From NCBI GenBank assembly GCA_951406725.2, contig OX597833.1, forward strand, positions 59,582,001-59,646,000: a stretch of 64,000 nucleotides of DNA, read 5' to 3'. Source of the DNA: Octopus vulgaris (taxonomy: Eukaryota). This document shows, one piece after another, positions 13,746 through 27,326 of this stretch; within the stretch, counting starts at the first letter, position 1; each line of letters opens with the position of its first letter. The notes beneath the pieces were generated by a model. That model was given only the letters and a program-made list of their open reading frames with translations. It did no database searches and was not told where the DNA came from. The translations under genes were made by a program, and so were the position numbers.

Positions 13746-16700
13746 TCTTATTCTACCTACCTATATATCTACTGGCCTATCTGTCTATCTATCTAGCTAG
13801 CTAGCTATCTTCCTGTCTGCCTATCTACCTACCTATCCATCTCTCCCCTACTCTCTCTAACATCTAGCTACAGCTCTCTCCCTTTTTCTCCCTCCCCCCA
13901 CACACTCTCATCAATGACGTTGATAGGAGTGATGTCTAGTTTCTATAATAATGATAATAATGAAATTATTGTATACAGTGCTCAGGTGCACCACAACTTG
14001 TCAAAAGTGCATATAAAGTATATATTCTGTATGTTTACACCTAAAGACAAAACAGGGGTAGGAAAAGATTTCTTAAGAGATTCAAGAGCTGAAGTAGAAT
14101 CAGGTAAAGTGTTTAGTGCAGGACCTACCTGGAGAAATAAGAAACCACAGTGAGATGTGTGAGTAGAGGTAGGGAAATATTCTTAATGAAATAGTTTTCT
14201 AAATTTGATGAAGGGCCTTGCCTAAATCATCATATCTCTCCTTTTCCTCACAGCAAAGAAATATCTAAAAACACCTATCAATCTGCCTCATGGTCCCTGC
14301 AGACAAAATGGAAAAGGCATTTCCTCGGAGAATGGCAAGGGAGATGCACTGGAACAGCCCCTCTGGCTCACAGGGCTTGAAATTGTGGATAACCTATTTC
14401 TTTATTACCCACAAGGGGCTAAACACAGAGGGGACAAACAAGGACAGACAGACGGATTAAGTCGATTACTTCGACCCCAGTGCATAACTGGTACTTAATT
14501 TATCGACCCCGAAAGGATGAAAGGCAAAGTCGACCTCGACGGAATTTGAACTCAGAACGTAACGGCAGACGAAATACGGCTACGCATTTCGCCTGGCGTG
14601 CTAACGTTTCTGCCAGCTCGCCAACCATCCCTGCCCTGATAGCAGGGAGCAAGGATGTGGTTCAGGTGCTGAGAACATTGGTGGTCTCCACTGCCACAGG
14701 CGTGACTACAAACCAGTGAAAGAGCGGCCAGTACTTTGACAGTTTGCCCTTCTCAGCTTGATGCGCAGTGGTCCCTGGGCTGGTTTCTGGACCCACTATG
14801 TTGACACTGGAGAAGGTGTCGCAGCATGTGGCATCCCATATGAGGGGTCTATCGCTATAGGACAGGAAAACTGTCATACCGTCAGTCTAGCCTCAAGTTG
14901 GGAAGGGAAGCCCGTGATGTCCAGGCCATGCTTTATCATCTCAGAATATATATAAATTTATCTTGTCTTGTTCATTTATTTATTTACATATCACAGGAGC
15001 GGCTACATGGTAAGTAGCTTGCTTACCAACCACATTGTTCCAGGTTCAGTCCCACTGCGTGGCATCTTGGGCAAGTGTCTTCTACTATAGTCTCAGGCCA
15101 ACCAAAGCCTTGTGAGTGGATTTGGTAGACGGAAACTGAAAGAAGCCCGTCGTGTATATGTATATATATGTGTGTTTGTGTGTCTGTGTTTGTCCCCCGA
15201 ACATCGCTTGACAACCGATGCTGGTGTGTTTACGTTCCCGTAACTTAGCGGTTCGGCAAAAGAGACCGATAGAATAAGTACTAGGCTTACAAAGAGTAAG
15301 TCCTGGGGTCGATTTGCTCGACTAAAGGCGGTGCTCCAGCATGGCCACAGTCAAATGACTGAAACAAGTAAATAAATAAGACATCCTTCTATGTCTCCCT
15401 AGAATAATAGAAACTGTTATTTTCTATTATTCTTAGAAGTAGAAGAGAAAACAGAGGGATATAACATGGAAGTGGGTAAGTGACAGTAGAGTACTGATGG
15501 ATGGTTGTTGGGGTAGGGCTGGCTGTCTTTCAGATGCAGTCTGAAATATTCCTAGCAAAGGATTGTCCTTGCCACACACACACACACACAACACACACAC
15601 ACACACTGACACACATACCACCATCACATGTCACTGATATCACAATTCATGTTTGTGAAAAAACATCAGGTTTTCTTCAATATCTTACAACAATGAATCT
15701 TAAACCAAGCCCATTCAGTAATTTGAAAATAGAACACATCTTAAATGTTTGTGTGACAGCTGCTGTCCTATTTATTGTGTATGAACAGCATTGCTGTATG
15801 GTGGTGTTTGTGTGTCAGCTATAGAGGGACCAGGAAGTGTCTGCTATTCTAGAGAAAAGGGATACTTACTCTCCTTGCTGTGTACAGATAAAGATGGTTG
15901 AATGAATAAGATAGTGGGCTATTAGTCCATAGGTTGTGAGTTCAAATCTATTAGTCACAAGCAGAACTTGTTATTCAAGTTTCCTTTGTCAAGAATAGAT
16001 CACCTGGGAATGTTTACTGTGGTATGGTATTTTATTATGAAATGCTCTGTTCTTTTATAATGAAATGTTTTATCATTATGAAATGACAGAGCATTTCATA
16101 AATGCTCTATCATTTTGATAAATGATAAAGCATTTACGAAGTGCATTCACTAGTCAGTTAAGGTTAGACAGTGTCACGTGACAACTTGCTGAGGCTGCCT
16201 GCTGGAGCCTAGCAGCAGGTATTTAAAGGGAAAAATTTGACAAGTCAGTCAGTCACGGGCTGACAACACTCGCTGACGATACATCGAAGAGGCCAGGGAA
16301 CAGAAGAAAGAAGAAGAAAGAAGACATGCACCCAACACCAGAGCTGAAGACATCTCTGAAAGGGGGATGCTCGCCATGTCAAAACGGTAGAGGAGTAAGG
16401 GCCGAAACCGGACATGGTTCCTCCTGATGATGTCTTGAGCTAACTGGATCTTATAAAGGAGCTGTTGTGGTAGCAGACCACGAAAAACGGTCGTAATTCC
16501 TGGTGGGAGATTTATGTTTCATTTTCTGCATTTAAATTTTTCTTGTCACCATATTTCTAACAAGAATACTCTCTGTATTTGGTAGTTTATTTCCCAATAC
16601 AGGAATTATGGGATGCTTAGTGAAATAACTTTCTCTTTTACTTTTTTTACTCTTTTACTTGTTTCAGTCATTTGACTGCGGCCATGCTGGAGCACCGCCT

Positions 16701-17165
16701 TTAGTCGAGCAAATCGACCCCAGCTCTTATTCTTTGTAAGCCTTAGTACTTATTCTATTGGTCTCTTTTGCCGAACCGCTAAGTTACGGGGATGTAAACA
16801 CACCAGCATTGGTTGTCAAGTGATGTGTTGGGGGGACAAACACAGACACACAAACATATACACACACATACATATATATATATATATATGTAAAAGTAAA
16901 AAATATACAAACTGGGACAAGAACATGAAACATTTAGAAGACGACACAAAAAAACACGGACGGGACATTCGAAGCCCTCAATCATCAATCAAGAACCGGA
17001 TCATCTTCGCAATTTCGGCAGATTAACATATATATATATATATATCACCGTGATCACCGTGACCGACCAGGCTATCAGATGTTGCTACACATTGCTGGTC
17101 ACAATGCGCTTTGCATTGTTTTAGCCTTCAAATGATGCCACTCTGCTGGCTAAGTGAGCAGGCCA

Positions 17166-17206
<41 letters not shown>

Positions 17207-20020
17207 CGACAAGCTTCTTTCAGTTTCCGTCTACGAAATCCACTCACAAGACTTTGGTCGGCCCGAGGCTATAGTAGAAGACACTTGCCCAAGCTGCCTG
17301 GCAGTAGGACTGAACCCGGAACCATGTGGTTGGTAAGCAAGCTACTTACCACACTGCCACTCCTGCGCCTGTAAAAAAATACATGTAAAATACATGTAAA
17401 AAAAAACTATGTAAAAAATACATTCTTCTCCTATTCGATCAGTGTTGAATTGGTTCAACTTGGACTAAACACTGGTCCTTAAAACCCCCTTGAGACATAA
17501 GTAACATTCAGCTGTAATACTATTCTTTTGTCTGTAGTTTATCTTAGGCAATAGCAACCACCTTCGTTAGCAACCATCTTCTTTAGTTATCATTTTTCTT
17601 AGCAGCCATCAAATTAGCAACTTCTTCAGCAACTTCTTTAACAACCATCTTCCTTAGCAACCTCCTTCCTTGGTAACCATCTTTTCTAACAATCTCTTCC
17701 TCACCAGCCATCTTCCTACATCACATTGTTGAACCTGATAAGAATTTATAACTTTGGCACAAAATTCCTTGACCTTACTCTTTTGCCCTTTTACTTGTTT
17801 CAGTCATTTGACTGCGGCCATGCTGGAGCACCGCCTTTAATCGAGCAACTCGACCCCGAGACTTATTCTTTTTATAAGCCCAGTACTTATTCTATCGGTC
17901 TCTTTTGCCGAACCGCTAAGTAACGGGGACATAAACACACCAGCATCGGTTGTCAAGCAATGCTAGGGGGAGAAACACAGACACACGAACACACACACAC
18001 ATATATATATATATACATATATACGACGGGCTTCTTTCAGTTTCCGTCTACCACATCCACTCACAAGGCTTTGGTCGGCCTGAGGCTATAGTAGAAGACA
18101 CTTGCCCAAGGTGCCACACAGTGGGACTGAACCCAGAACCATGTGGCTGCTAAACAAGCTACTTACCATACAGCCACTCCTGCGCCTATTAGTGTATTAA
18201 TGGTATTTATTGACCTCGGAGGAATAAACTCTTACTCTAATCTTGATGAGATTTGAACTTAAAACTGACTGAGATGAAAGCAAATAATTTATTGTTCAAC
18301 CATCTTGTTGTTGCTAGTTAAACCATCAACAAGTGGTGGTGGTGGTCATGGTTGTTGTGGTCATGGTCGTTGTGGTGGTCGTGGTGGCAGTGGTCGCAGT
18401 GGTGGTGGTGGTGGTGGTGGTGGTTGTGGTATCGGCAGTGGTCGCAGTGGTGGTGGTGGTGGTGGTGGTGGTGGCAGTTGCAGCAGCACAACCATGTTGC
18501 TCTGTGTTGCAGATTATGAATTTAGACGTAGCCCTCCATCTGTTATGATGACAAGGGTTCTAGTTGATTTGATCAATGGAACAACCCGCTCATGTTATCA
18601 GTGTGCAAGTGGCTGAGCAGTCCACAGACATGTGTACCCTTCATGTAGTTCTTAGGGAGATTCAATGTGACACAAGAAGTGACAGGTATGACTCATTTTT
18701 GCCAGGTGAGTGGACTGGAGTAACGTAAACTAAGTATCTTGCTCGATGACCACTGGGAATCAAACTCATGCCCTTATGATCATGAGCCAAATACCGTAAT
18801 TAAGCCAAATGTCTTCACTATGAATCCAGATCTAAACCAATTAATCACACCATTTGCAACAATATTAATTTCAAATTTTGGCATGAGGTCAACATTTTCA
18901 GGGGAAGAGGATAAGCCAATTTCATTGACCCCAGAGTTCAACTGGTACTTATTTTATTGACCCCCAAGAAGATGAAAGGTAAAGCTGACCCCACGTGCTA
19001 ACGTTTCTGCTCGCTTGCTGCCTTAAAAAAAACTCTTTTCTACTCTTGGCGCAAGGCTCAAAATTTTTGGGGAGGGGTGGCCAGTCAATTAGATTGACCC
19101 CAGTATGCAACTGGTACTTAATTTATCAACACCGAAAAGATGAAAGGCAAAGTTGACCTCGGCAGAATTTGAACTCAGAACGTAAAGACACACGAAATAC
19201 TGCTAAGCATTTTGCCTGGTGTGCTAACATTTCTGTCAGCTCACCGCCTTAAAAAATATTCTTTTCTACTCAAGGCACAAGGCCTGAAATTTCTGGGGAA
19301 AGGACCACTCGATTATATCAACAACAATATGCAACTGGTACTTAATTTATCGAACCCAAAAGGATGAAAGGCAAAGTCGACCTCGGTGGGTTTGTATGAA
19401 AAATATTGTAATTCAGGTTGTGAGAACTTAGTAAATAAAATCTGTGATCTGAGTTCAATTCCTACTTGTGGCTATATTCACTTACATTACTAAGAAATTC
19501 ATGTTCAAGCCTTAAGATTGACATGAACATCACCACATCAACCAACCACCAACTTGAGTCAATAAGCTTTTCCCCTCTTAATTGTTGATCAAGTCAAAGA
19601 AATTACCTTTATGGTGTATGTATGTATATGAATGTGTGTGAGGGGTGTGTGTATATTTGCGTATGTGTATGTGGGTGTACATGCAAATAGAAAGACATGC
19701 ATTCACACACACACACACACACACACACGATGGGCTTCCATGCATTTTCCATCTACCAAATTTTCTCATAAAACATTTTTCAGCCTAGAAGACACTTGCC
19801 TAAGGTGCTGCACGGTAGGACTGAACTCAAAACCATATGGTTGCAGAGTGAGCTTCTTGACCACACAACCATGTGAATGAATGTTGGTGTGTGTAGGTGC
19901 ATGATGTGTGTGTGTGTGTGTGTGTGAATGCAAGTTGTATTTATATGTGTGTGTATTTGTATATGTGTATACTTAGAGCAATAATAAATCTCTGAATGAG
20001 GTATAAACAGTAACTGCACG

Positions 20021-20304
20021 ACAATGTGAGGTATATTTGCCATCTGAATATGGCTAACCACTAAGGGTGGGTGTTACTGTAGCTTGTAGCTCCAGGAGAA
20101 CATCTCCACCATCTGGCTTTAGGCACACTTTCTGTGCCCTTAAGGTATTTGCAAAGGGGATGACCTCCCTTTGCAAATACCATAAGGGCACAGAAAGTGT
20201 GCCTAAAGCCAGCTGGAGACGATGATCTCCTGGGGCTACAAGCTACAGTAACACCCACCCTTAGTGGTTAGCCATATTGAGATGGCAAATATACCTCACA
20301 TTGT
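20021..20304. repeat. Foldback inverted repeat, about 138-bp arms and 8-nt loop
   Basis: ACAATGTGAGGTATATTTGCC...GGCAAATATACCTCACATTGT; related single arm near 38998-39060. Confidence 0.9.
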
Positions 20305-20815
20305 ATAGATAGACATGTTCTAAAAATACATAAGTGCTTATGCTATGACATTAGATAATTCCTCACAGGTGCCTTCTGCATGAAAATCTGCATGAAAAAA
20401 GTGCAGGATAACATAACAAAAATGTATTTTAATCAACTGAAATTACACCTATCATATGAGTGAATGATAATAAACTCTTGTTAAGATAAGCAACCGAGAG
20501 AACCATGAAATGTAAATTAATTACAAATGGAGTTGGGTGGAATGTGTTTTATGTTTGGTAAGTACAGAGACAATTTTGGGCATTTTTTGGAGGCTTTAAA
20601 CTGCATCTGGTTTTGGGGACCTAGTTCAGGAATTCCAGGGCTTTGAAGAATGCGGTGGCACCACCTATTAGCCACCTTTGTTCCCAGGTATACTCTGACC
20701 CAGATTAGTAACACCTGTCAGGTTCCCAGCCATGGGATAAATGGCACTTGAGCCAGGGTACATTCAAATCATGGGACACAACATGGTGGATGTCAAATAT
20801 TTCAGCAGATGAACT

Positions 20816-21206
20816 GGATCTTTTCGGTTTGAACGGCAGTTTTTAACATAATTTCTAGGTAACTAAAAAATTTTAAACTTCGTATACCGGTAGAATGTGT
20901 TTATAAAACATCTTTTTCTCTTGGCTTTGTAAGATATTTGTTGTTTTTTTTGCTTCAATTTCTGCAATTTCAACCAATTACTGATGTCCATTGAGGTAAA
21001 AAACATTCTGTGCCGTATGAATATGTCCCTCATTTAAGAAACAGATTGGGTTTATTTACATTTGTGAAGAAAAAAAGATACCCTTCCCCCCAACCCTAAC
21101 CCTAAAACAGATTGAAATGCAATAGATCGATACTAGGGTCATAATTATGGGTGACAATTTCATATGACACCGCTAGAAAAAACTGCCGCTCAAGCTGAAA
21201 AGATCC
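20816..21206. mobile_element. Non-autonomous Merlin-like MITE
   Basis: TIR GGATCTTTTCGGTTTGAACGGCAGTTTTT with imperfect partner; perfect 8-bp TSD GATGAACT; internal CCCTAA repeats. Confidence 0.8.
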
Positions 21207-21705
21207 GATGAACTCATTGAGTCGATGGTGAATATCACTAGATGCTGAGCAGATGAACAGACAATAAACTGTCCATGGCCAGGATCAACCAGTGCAGTTG
21301 GTGAACCACTGCTATTATCTGTAATTACAGTATGTGCAGATGAGGTGTTTCAGTGAGCAAATGAACAATGAAGGACCAGAACCCAGCCTAGATGTTCATA
21401 CTGCATTGCTCAATTGAGACATCCAACCTGGAAGAGCTGTCTTCGTCTAGGCCTAGACAAGTCACTCAACTGGAAGATGGCGATGGTGACAAAAAAAATC
21501 ACCTGCATAGGGATTTGAACTGGTAACAAGCTAAGAATGAAGAACAGGTGGTCACACATCTTGTCCACTTGGCCAGCTTATTTCTATGGTGTGTTGTTAT
21601 GAGCAACGCCTTTTGTTCTGCCGTAATGTCTCTATTAATCCTTCAAAACAATTAGCAGAATTAATATTCATAACCAGATGTTTCTATTTTATTATTTTCA
21701 ATCTG

Positions 21706-21736
<31 letters not shown>

Positions 21737-22410
21737 GCACACATACACACACACACACCTATTTATTAATTTTTCAAATACATCATCTTTCTAGATTTAG
21801 AGGATTTCAAAGAATGAATTTTTTTCTTCTTTAGCATTCTTTTCTACTCTAGGCACAAGGCCCAAAATTTTTTGCGGGGGAGCCAATCAATTAGATCGAC
21901 CCTAGTACACAACTGGTTCTTGATTTTTCGATCCTGAAAGGATGAAAGGCAAAGTCAACCTCGGCGGAATTTGAACTCAGAACGTAATGACAGACGAAAT
22001 ACCTATTTCTTTACTACCCACAAGGGGCTAAACGCAGAGAGGACAAACAAGGACAGACAAACGGATTAAGTCGATTATATTGACCCCAGTGCGTAACTGG
22101 TACTTATTTAGTCGACCCCGAAAGGATGAAAGGCAAAGTCAACCTCGGCGGAATTTGAACTCAGAACGTAACGACAGACGAAATACCGCTAAGCATTTCG
22201 CCTGGCGTGTTAACGTTTCTGCCAGCTCGCCACCTTTTTCTTCTTTATCATTGATAATAGTTTAATTATGAATACATGGAATCAAAATGGTTCCCTGTTT
22301 ACTCATACATTGCTATTCCAAGTCAAAAAACTTAAAATGTGTGTGAGTGGGAGCGCGTGTATAATAAATGAAAATGAACAAGTAGTTCTTTGTTCATGCA
22401 TATCATGTGT

Positions 22411-22442
<32 letters not shown>

Positions 22443-23409
22443 TTATGGTCAGTCATCAGAAAAACATCAGAAAAAGCATGCTTTAAAAGAAATTTTGAGT
22501 AGTTGTATTTTATGTAGTTGAATAGTAACTGATCAGAAAGTTACCATTGGTTTTATGCCGGCTACTGCACTTGGCAATAAGTGTGAGTCTACTCTCTCTC
22601 TCTCTTTACTCTTTTACTTGTTTCAGTCATTTGACTGTGGCCATGCTGGAGCACCGCCTTTAATCGAGCAACTCGACCCCGGGACTTATTCTTTTGTAAG
22701 CCCAGTACTTATTCTATCGGTCTCTTTTGCCGAACCGCTAAGTGACGGGGACGTAAACACACCAGCATCGGTTGTCAAGCAATTCTAGGGGGACAAACAC
22801 AGACACACAAACATACACGCACATACATATATATACATATATACGATGGGCTTCTTTCATTTTCCGTCTACCAAATCCACTCACAAGGCTTTGGTCGGCC
22901 CGAGGCTATAGTAGAAGACACTTGCCCAAGGTGCCACGCAGTGGGACTGAACCCGGAAACATGTGGTTTGTAAGCAAGCTACTTACCACACAGCCACTCC
23001 TACGTCTACTGGTCAGAAGCACATAATTTCTTTACGAATGGAGGTATATATATAGTCTTGGTCAGTTTGATGGTGAAAAAAATACCTAAATCCAAAAGAA
23101 AAATTCTGAAAGGCAAAGAGTTAGCTCTCCTTAAACAATTTCAGCTGTGTCTCTGAATAAGGTCAGTTTCTATACACTTTTTCTGTTCACTAGCCTGCAA
23201 ACAGAAAAGACCAAGTTTCCAAAATGTGTTTTCTGTTATGAGGGCATTGACAAAACAGTTCAGTTTTTAAATTCAAGAAGGTATCACTAAGAGATTATCC
23301 AATAGACATAACTCAAGAGATTCATTCAGTTGTGTACCTTGTTTAAAGAATATATTGGTGAATGCCCCAAAACCCTGCTCAGAAGTAGGATGTGCATGTA
23401 GGGTTAACG

Positions 23410-24060
23410 AATAAGTACCCGGTGGATGCAGCACTGAGGCCATGACCTATGAACAGTAGTGTTCAACAGTAGCATCAACAACAGCAGCAGCTGTAACACT
23501 GGAAGAGTGCATGTGGAAATATGTTGGAGTAACAGAGGGCACCTTTAAGGCCAGGTTGAGTCCACTTTTAGGATTCCAAAGTGGCACAGTGTTACAACAT
23601 TAGCCTGCTAATATGGTGATTAAAAGATGAGAGAATTCCATAGAAAATTGCATGGAAGCTGCTGGAACAATCTACTCCTTATTTCAATGGAAGCAGACAG
23701 TGCAAAATTTGCTGGCCGAGAGAACAATCTACATGATCTGAATGCCTTCTTAAATTCAAGAAGTGAAATTTTTAACTAATGCCCTCAAAAACAGAAAATA
23801 TGGTCTTTCTCATATGTACTCAAGTGAACAGAAAAAAACATATAAACTTGTCCATTTTGGACACAACTGAAATCATTCAAGGGGAGATAACTCCCTCTCA
23901 GAAGGGGTTTGTTTTTGTTCAGATTTTTTTACGCCACCAAACTCACCAAGACAATATATTTACCTCCAGTAGTGAAGAGGCTATGTACTTCTGGACAGCA
24001 GGTCTGATGAGTCACCTATATTGCCAAGTACAACAGTAGATGTGAAACTAGTGGTAACTT
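23410..24060 (+). mobile_element. Penelope-like element remnant (GIY-YIG endonuclease pseudogene plus 3' degenerate hammerhead)
   Basis: Broken frames read KYVGVTEGTFKAR...STFR...IAWKLLEQSTPYFNGSRQCKIC...LLNSRSEIF, typical of PLE endonuclease C-termini; CTGATGA...GAAACTAGT at 24004-24052. Confidence 0.75.
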
Positions 24061-24149
24061 TCCAACTGATTATATACCATTACCAAGGATATACTACTTG
24101 ACTGCATGATATATATATATATATATATATATCATCATCATCATCATCA

Positions 24150-24510
24150 TCATCATCATTTAGCGTCCGTTCTCCATGCTAGAATGGGTTGGACAGTTCA
24201 ACTGGGATCTGTGAAGCTGGAAGGCTTCATCAGGCCCAGTCAGATCTGGCAGTGTTTCTACGGCTGGATGCCCTTCCTAACGCCAACCACTCCGTGAGTG
24301 TAGTGGGTGCTTTTTACGTGCCACCCACACAAGTGCCGGACAGAGCTGGCAAACGGCCACAAACGGATGGTGCTTTTACATGTCACCAGCACGGGGGCCA
24401 GGCGAGGCTGGCAACGGACACGAACGGATGGTGCTTTTACGTGCCACCAACACGGGGGCCAGACAGAGCTGGCAAACAGCCACGAAACGGATGGTGCTTT
24501 TACGTGTCAC
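24150..24510 (+). mobile_element. Interspersed repeat family E (TGGATGCCCTTCCTAACGCCAACCAC) with internal tandem units
   Basis: Copies at 1035-1245-, 62580-62815-, 63820-64000-. Confidence 0.8.
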
Positions 24511-24529
24511 CATATATATATATATATAT

Positions 24530-25070
24530 ATAAATTATTAGAGAGTTAACCACTATGTGGATAACTCTAGTGCTAAAAATAGCCCCGATAGTATAGCCAC
24601 AGAAAAAGATGTTTCCAACTAGAAGTAACATACATTTAACGGAAGGAAAGTGAAATATAACGAATAAATAGATTGACCCTGAACAAATTGTTTCATTACT
24701 AATGTAATATGTAATTTTACTTACATACACATCTATAAATCATCAGCAGAGGTTTGTCTTAATAACTTTATAACTAAAAATGCAATTCGTTAAACCGCTC
24801 GTGTTTTTGACGCTCGGGTCGGTCTAATTAATTGTATTTAAGACAAACCTCTGCTGATGATTTATAGATGTGTATATAAGTAAAATTACATATTACATTA
24901 GTAATGAAACAATTTGTTCGGGGTCAATCTATTTATTCGTTATATTTCACTTTCCTTCCGTTAAATGTATGTTACTTATAGTTGGAAACATCTTTTTCTG
25001 TGGCTATACTATCGGGGCTATTTTTAGCACTAGAGTTATCCACATAGTGGTTAACTCTCTAATAATTTAT
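24530..25070. repeat. Long inverted repeat, about 233-bp arms and 75-bp spacer (likely inverted PLE pseudo-LTR)
   Basis: 24530-24762 is the reverse complement of 24838-25070 with about 3 mismatches seen; mirror ORFs in the ORF track. Confidence 0.9.
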
Positions 25071-25169
25071 GTATAAATTTGTATTTTCTCCGTAGTTTTT
25101 TGTGCTAAGCCACTCAATGTTAAATTAATGGTATTATTAAATTAATATCAATTTTTCACCCTCATTTAT

Positions 25170-25214
<45 letters not shown>

Positions 25215-25229
<15 letters not shown>

Positions 25230-25739
25230 TATTCAAACTACTGCTGGTAGAATTTTTCTATAATTTTTTGCTACCCTAAAATTTATTAATTAATGATTTT
25301 TTGGCTAATTTTGAAATTAAATCGGCAGCTTATATTTACTGCTGAGAAAACCGCGCGAGAGTGGTAGATTTTGAAAAGTTATAGCATATAGACTCGAGGC
25401 ATGGCTATTATCGCCTCGTGGCTATATGCTAACCCTTGGCTTTCTGCTGAAGAGTGCAACGCCAGTCGTAAATAAATTTATTTTATTTACAAAAGATTGC
25501 TGAAACTATGCATAGTCCAGAAAGGATAGGTAAACGTTTTTATTTCTCTTTCCATTTCAGAATTACAACTATTAGTGGTTTGGAGTTTAGCTGCTCTTTC
25601 TAGTGAGTCGGATGTCCTATTATGGCCATCCCTTATATGTTTGAATGTATATTATATAGTCTTTTGACTATTTTTTTTTTCTCACTTGACCGTTGGTAGT
25701 GGAGAATTTTTCTATAATTTTTTGCTACCCTAAAATTTA

Positions 25740-25744
<5 letters not shown>
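25215..25744 (+). mobile_element. Penelope-like pseudo-LTR, partial tandem, embedded in (TA)n
   Basis: About 42-bp direct repeat AGAATTTTTCTATAATTTTTTGCTACCCTAAAATTTATTAAT near 25249 and 25703; contains the hammerhead at 25440. Confidence 0.6.
25440..25524 (+). ncRNA. Type I hammerhead ribozyme (Penelope-type, palindromic stem III)
   Basis: Stem I CTTTCTG/CAGAAAG; core CTGAAGA 25447-53; stem II GCAA/TTGC with inner GTAAATAAA/TTTATTTAC; GAAA 25502-05; palindrome ACTATGCATAGT; GTC cleavage triplet 25515-17. Confidence 0.85.
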
Positions 25745-25819
<75 letters not shown>

Positions 25820-26012
25820 TTAGATTTTCCTTTGGGGCTGGCCAGGTCGGAGCAATCTCAAAATTAATCTCAAAATTAATCAGCCGAAATTGCGAAGATG
25901 ATCCGGTTTTTGACTGAAGATCGAAGGCTTCGAATGTCCCGTCCGTTTTTTTGTATCGTCTTCTAAATGTTTTGCGTTCTTGTCCCAGTTTGTGTTTTTT
26001 TAAAATTTATCC

Positions 26013-26055
<43 letters not shown>

Positions 26056-27326
26056 GATTGCAGCATGAAAACACATATAAACCATGTCTTCAATAGCACT
26101 GGTTTCAAATTTTTGCACACGGTCGGGTGTAAGTTGATAACATCAACCCCAGTGCTCAACTGGTACTTATTTTATCGACCCCCAAAAGGATGAAAGGTAA
26201 TTTCAACCTCAGCAGAATTTGAACTCAGAACGTTAACCCATATATGATCATAAAAAATGAAGTCTTAAAATTTCACTGTATTTAGATTAAACGCTATGGT
26301 AAGCTTTCACAATCTGGAAGAGAAGGACAGTATGCAACTGTTAGCTACGGGTGTCGACTACCAACTGAACATTTCGTATGCTCAGTCAGATGTTTCCTGG
26401 CAGGTTCGTGTCCTAACAAGCAGGAGCAGGTTTTGCATTGTATAAACGCAACCAGGGGTATGTATGGGTTTTTTAAGATGGATGAAAGATGCCACTAAGC
26501 ATTTTTCTCAGCGTGCTTAAGATTCTACCAACTTGCCACCTTGTGTCTCTTCAATATTAATGATTTCAAATTTTGGCACAAAGCCAGCAATTTCAGGAGA
26601 GGGGGTTAAGTCAATTATAGAGGCCCCAGTGTTTGACTCATACTATTTTATTGATTCCAAAAGGTAAAGTCGACCTCAGTGGAATTGGAACTCAGAACGT
26701 AAATATGGTGTAGGAGTAGCTGTGTGGTAAGTAGCTTGCTTACCAACCACATGGTTCCGGGTTCAGTCCCACTGCATGGCACCTTGAGCAAGTGTCTTCT
26801 ACTATAGCCTCGGGCTGACCAAAGCCTTGTGAGTGGATTTGGTAGACGGAAACTGAAAGAAGCCAATCCATCGTATATATATATATATATATATATATAT
26901 GCCTTCATCTTCTGTTTATTTTCGTAAACCTACCTTCGTCTTTTGTTTATTTTTGTATACCTTCCTGTTATGTATATGTATATACGTATGTGTGTATGCG
27001 TGTGTGTCTGTGTTTGTCCCCCCAACATCGCTTGACAACTGATGCTGGTGTGTTTACGTCCCCGTAACTTAGCGGTTCGGCAAAAGAGATCGATAGAATG
27101 AGTACTAGGCTTATAAAGAATAAGTTCTGGGGTCGATTTACTCGACTAAAGGCAGAGCTCCCACATGGCCACAGTCAAATGACTGAAACAAGTAAAAGAG
27201 TATGGGTGAAAAACTGCCAAGCATTTTGCCTGATGTGCTTACAATTCTGCCAGCTTGCCGCTTTATATGTCTCTTCAATAATATTGCCAGCTGTTTTAAA
27301 TGGTCATATTTCTTTATGTGTTGCAG

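Noticed and set aside
24500-25076. Two near-identical ORFs on opposite strands
   Set aside because: A consequence of the inverted repeat, not paralogous genes
25900-25945. CTGAAGA-TCGAAG/CTTCGA in family G as a hammerhead
   Set aside because: No GAAA core or stem I could be closed in any of the three copies
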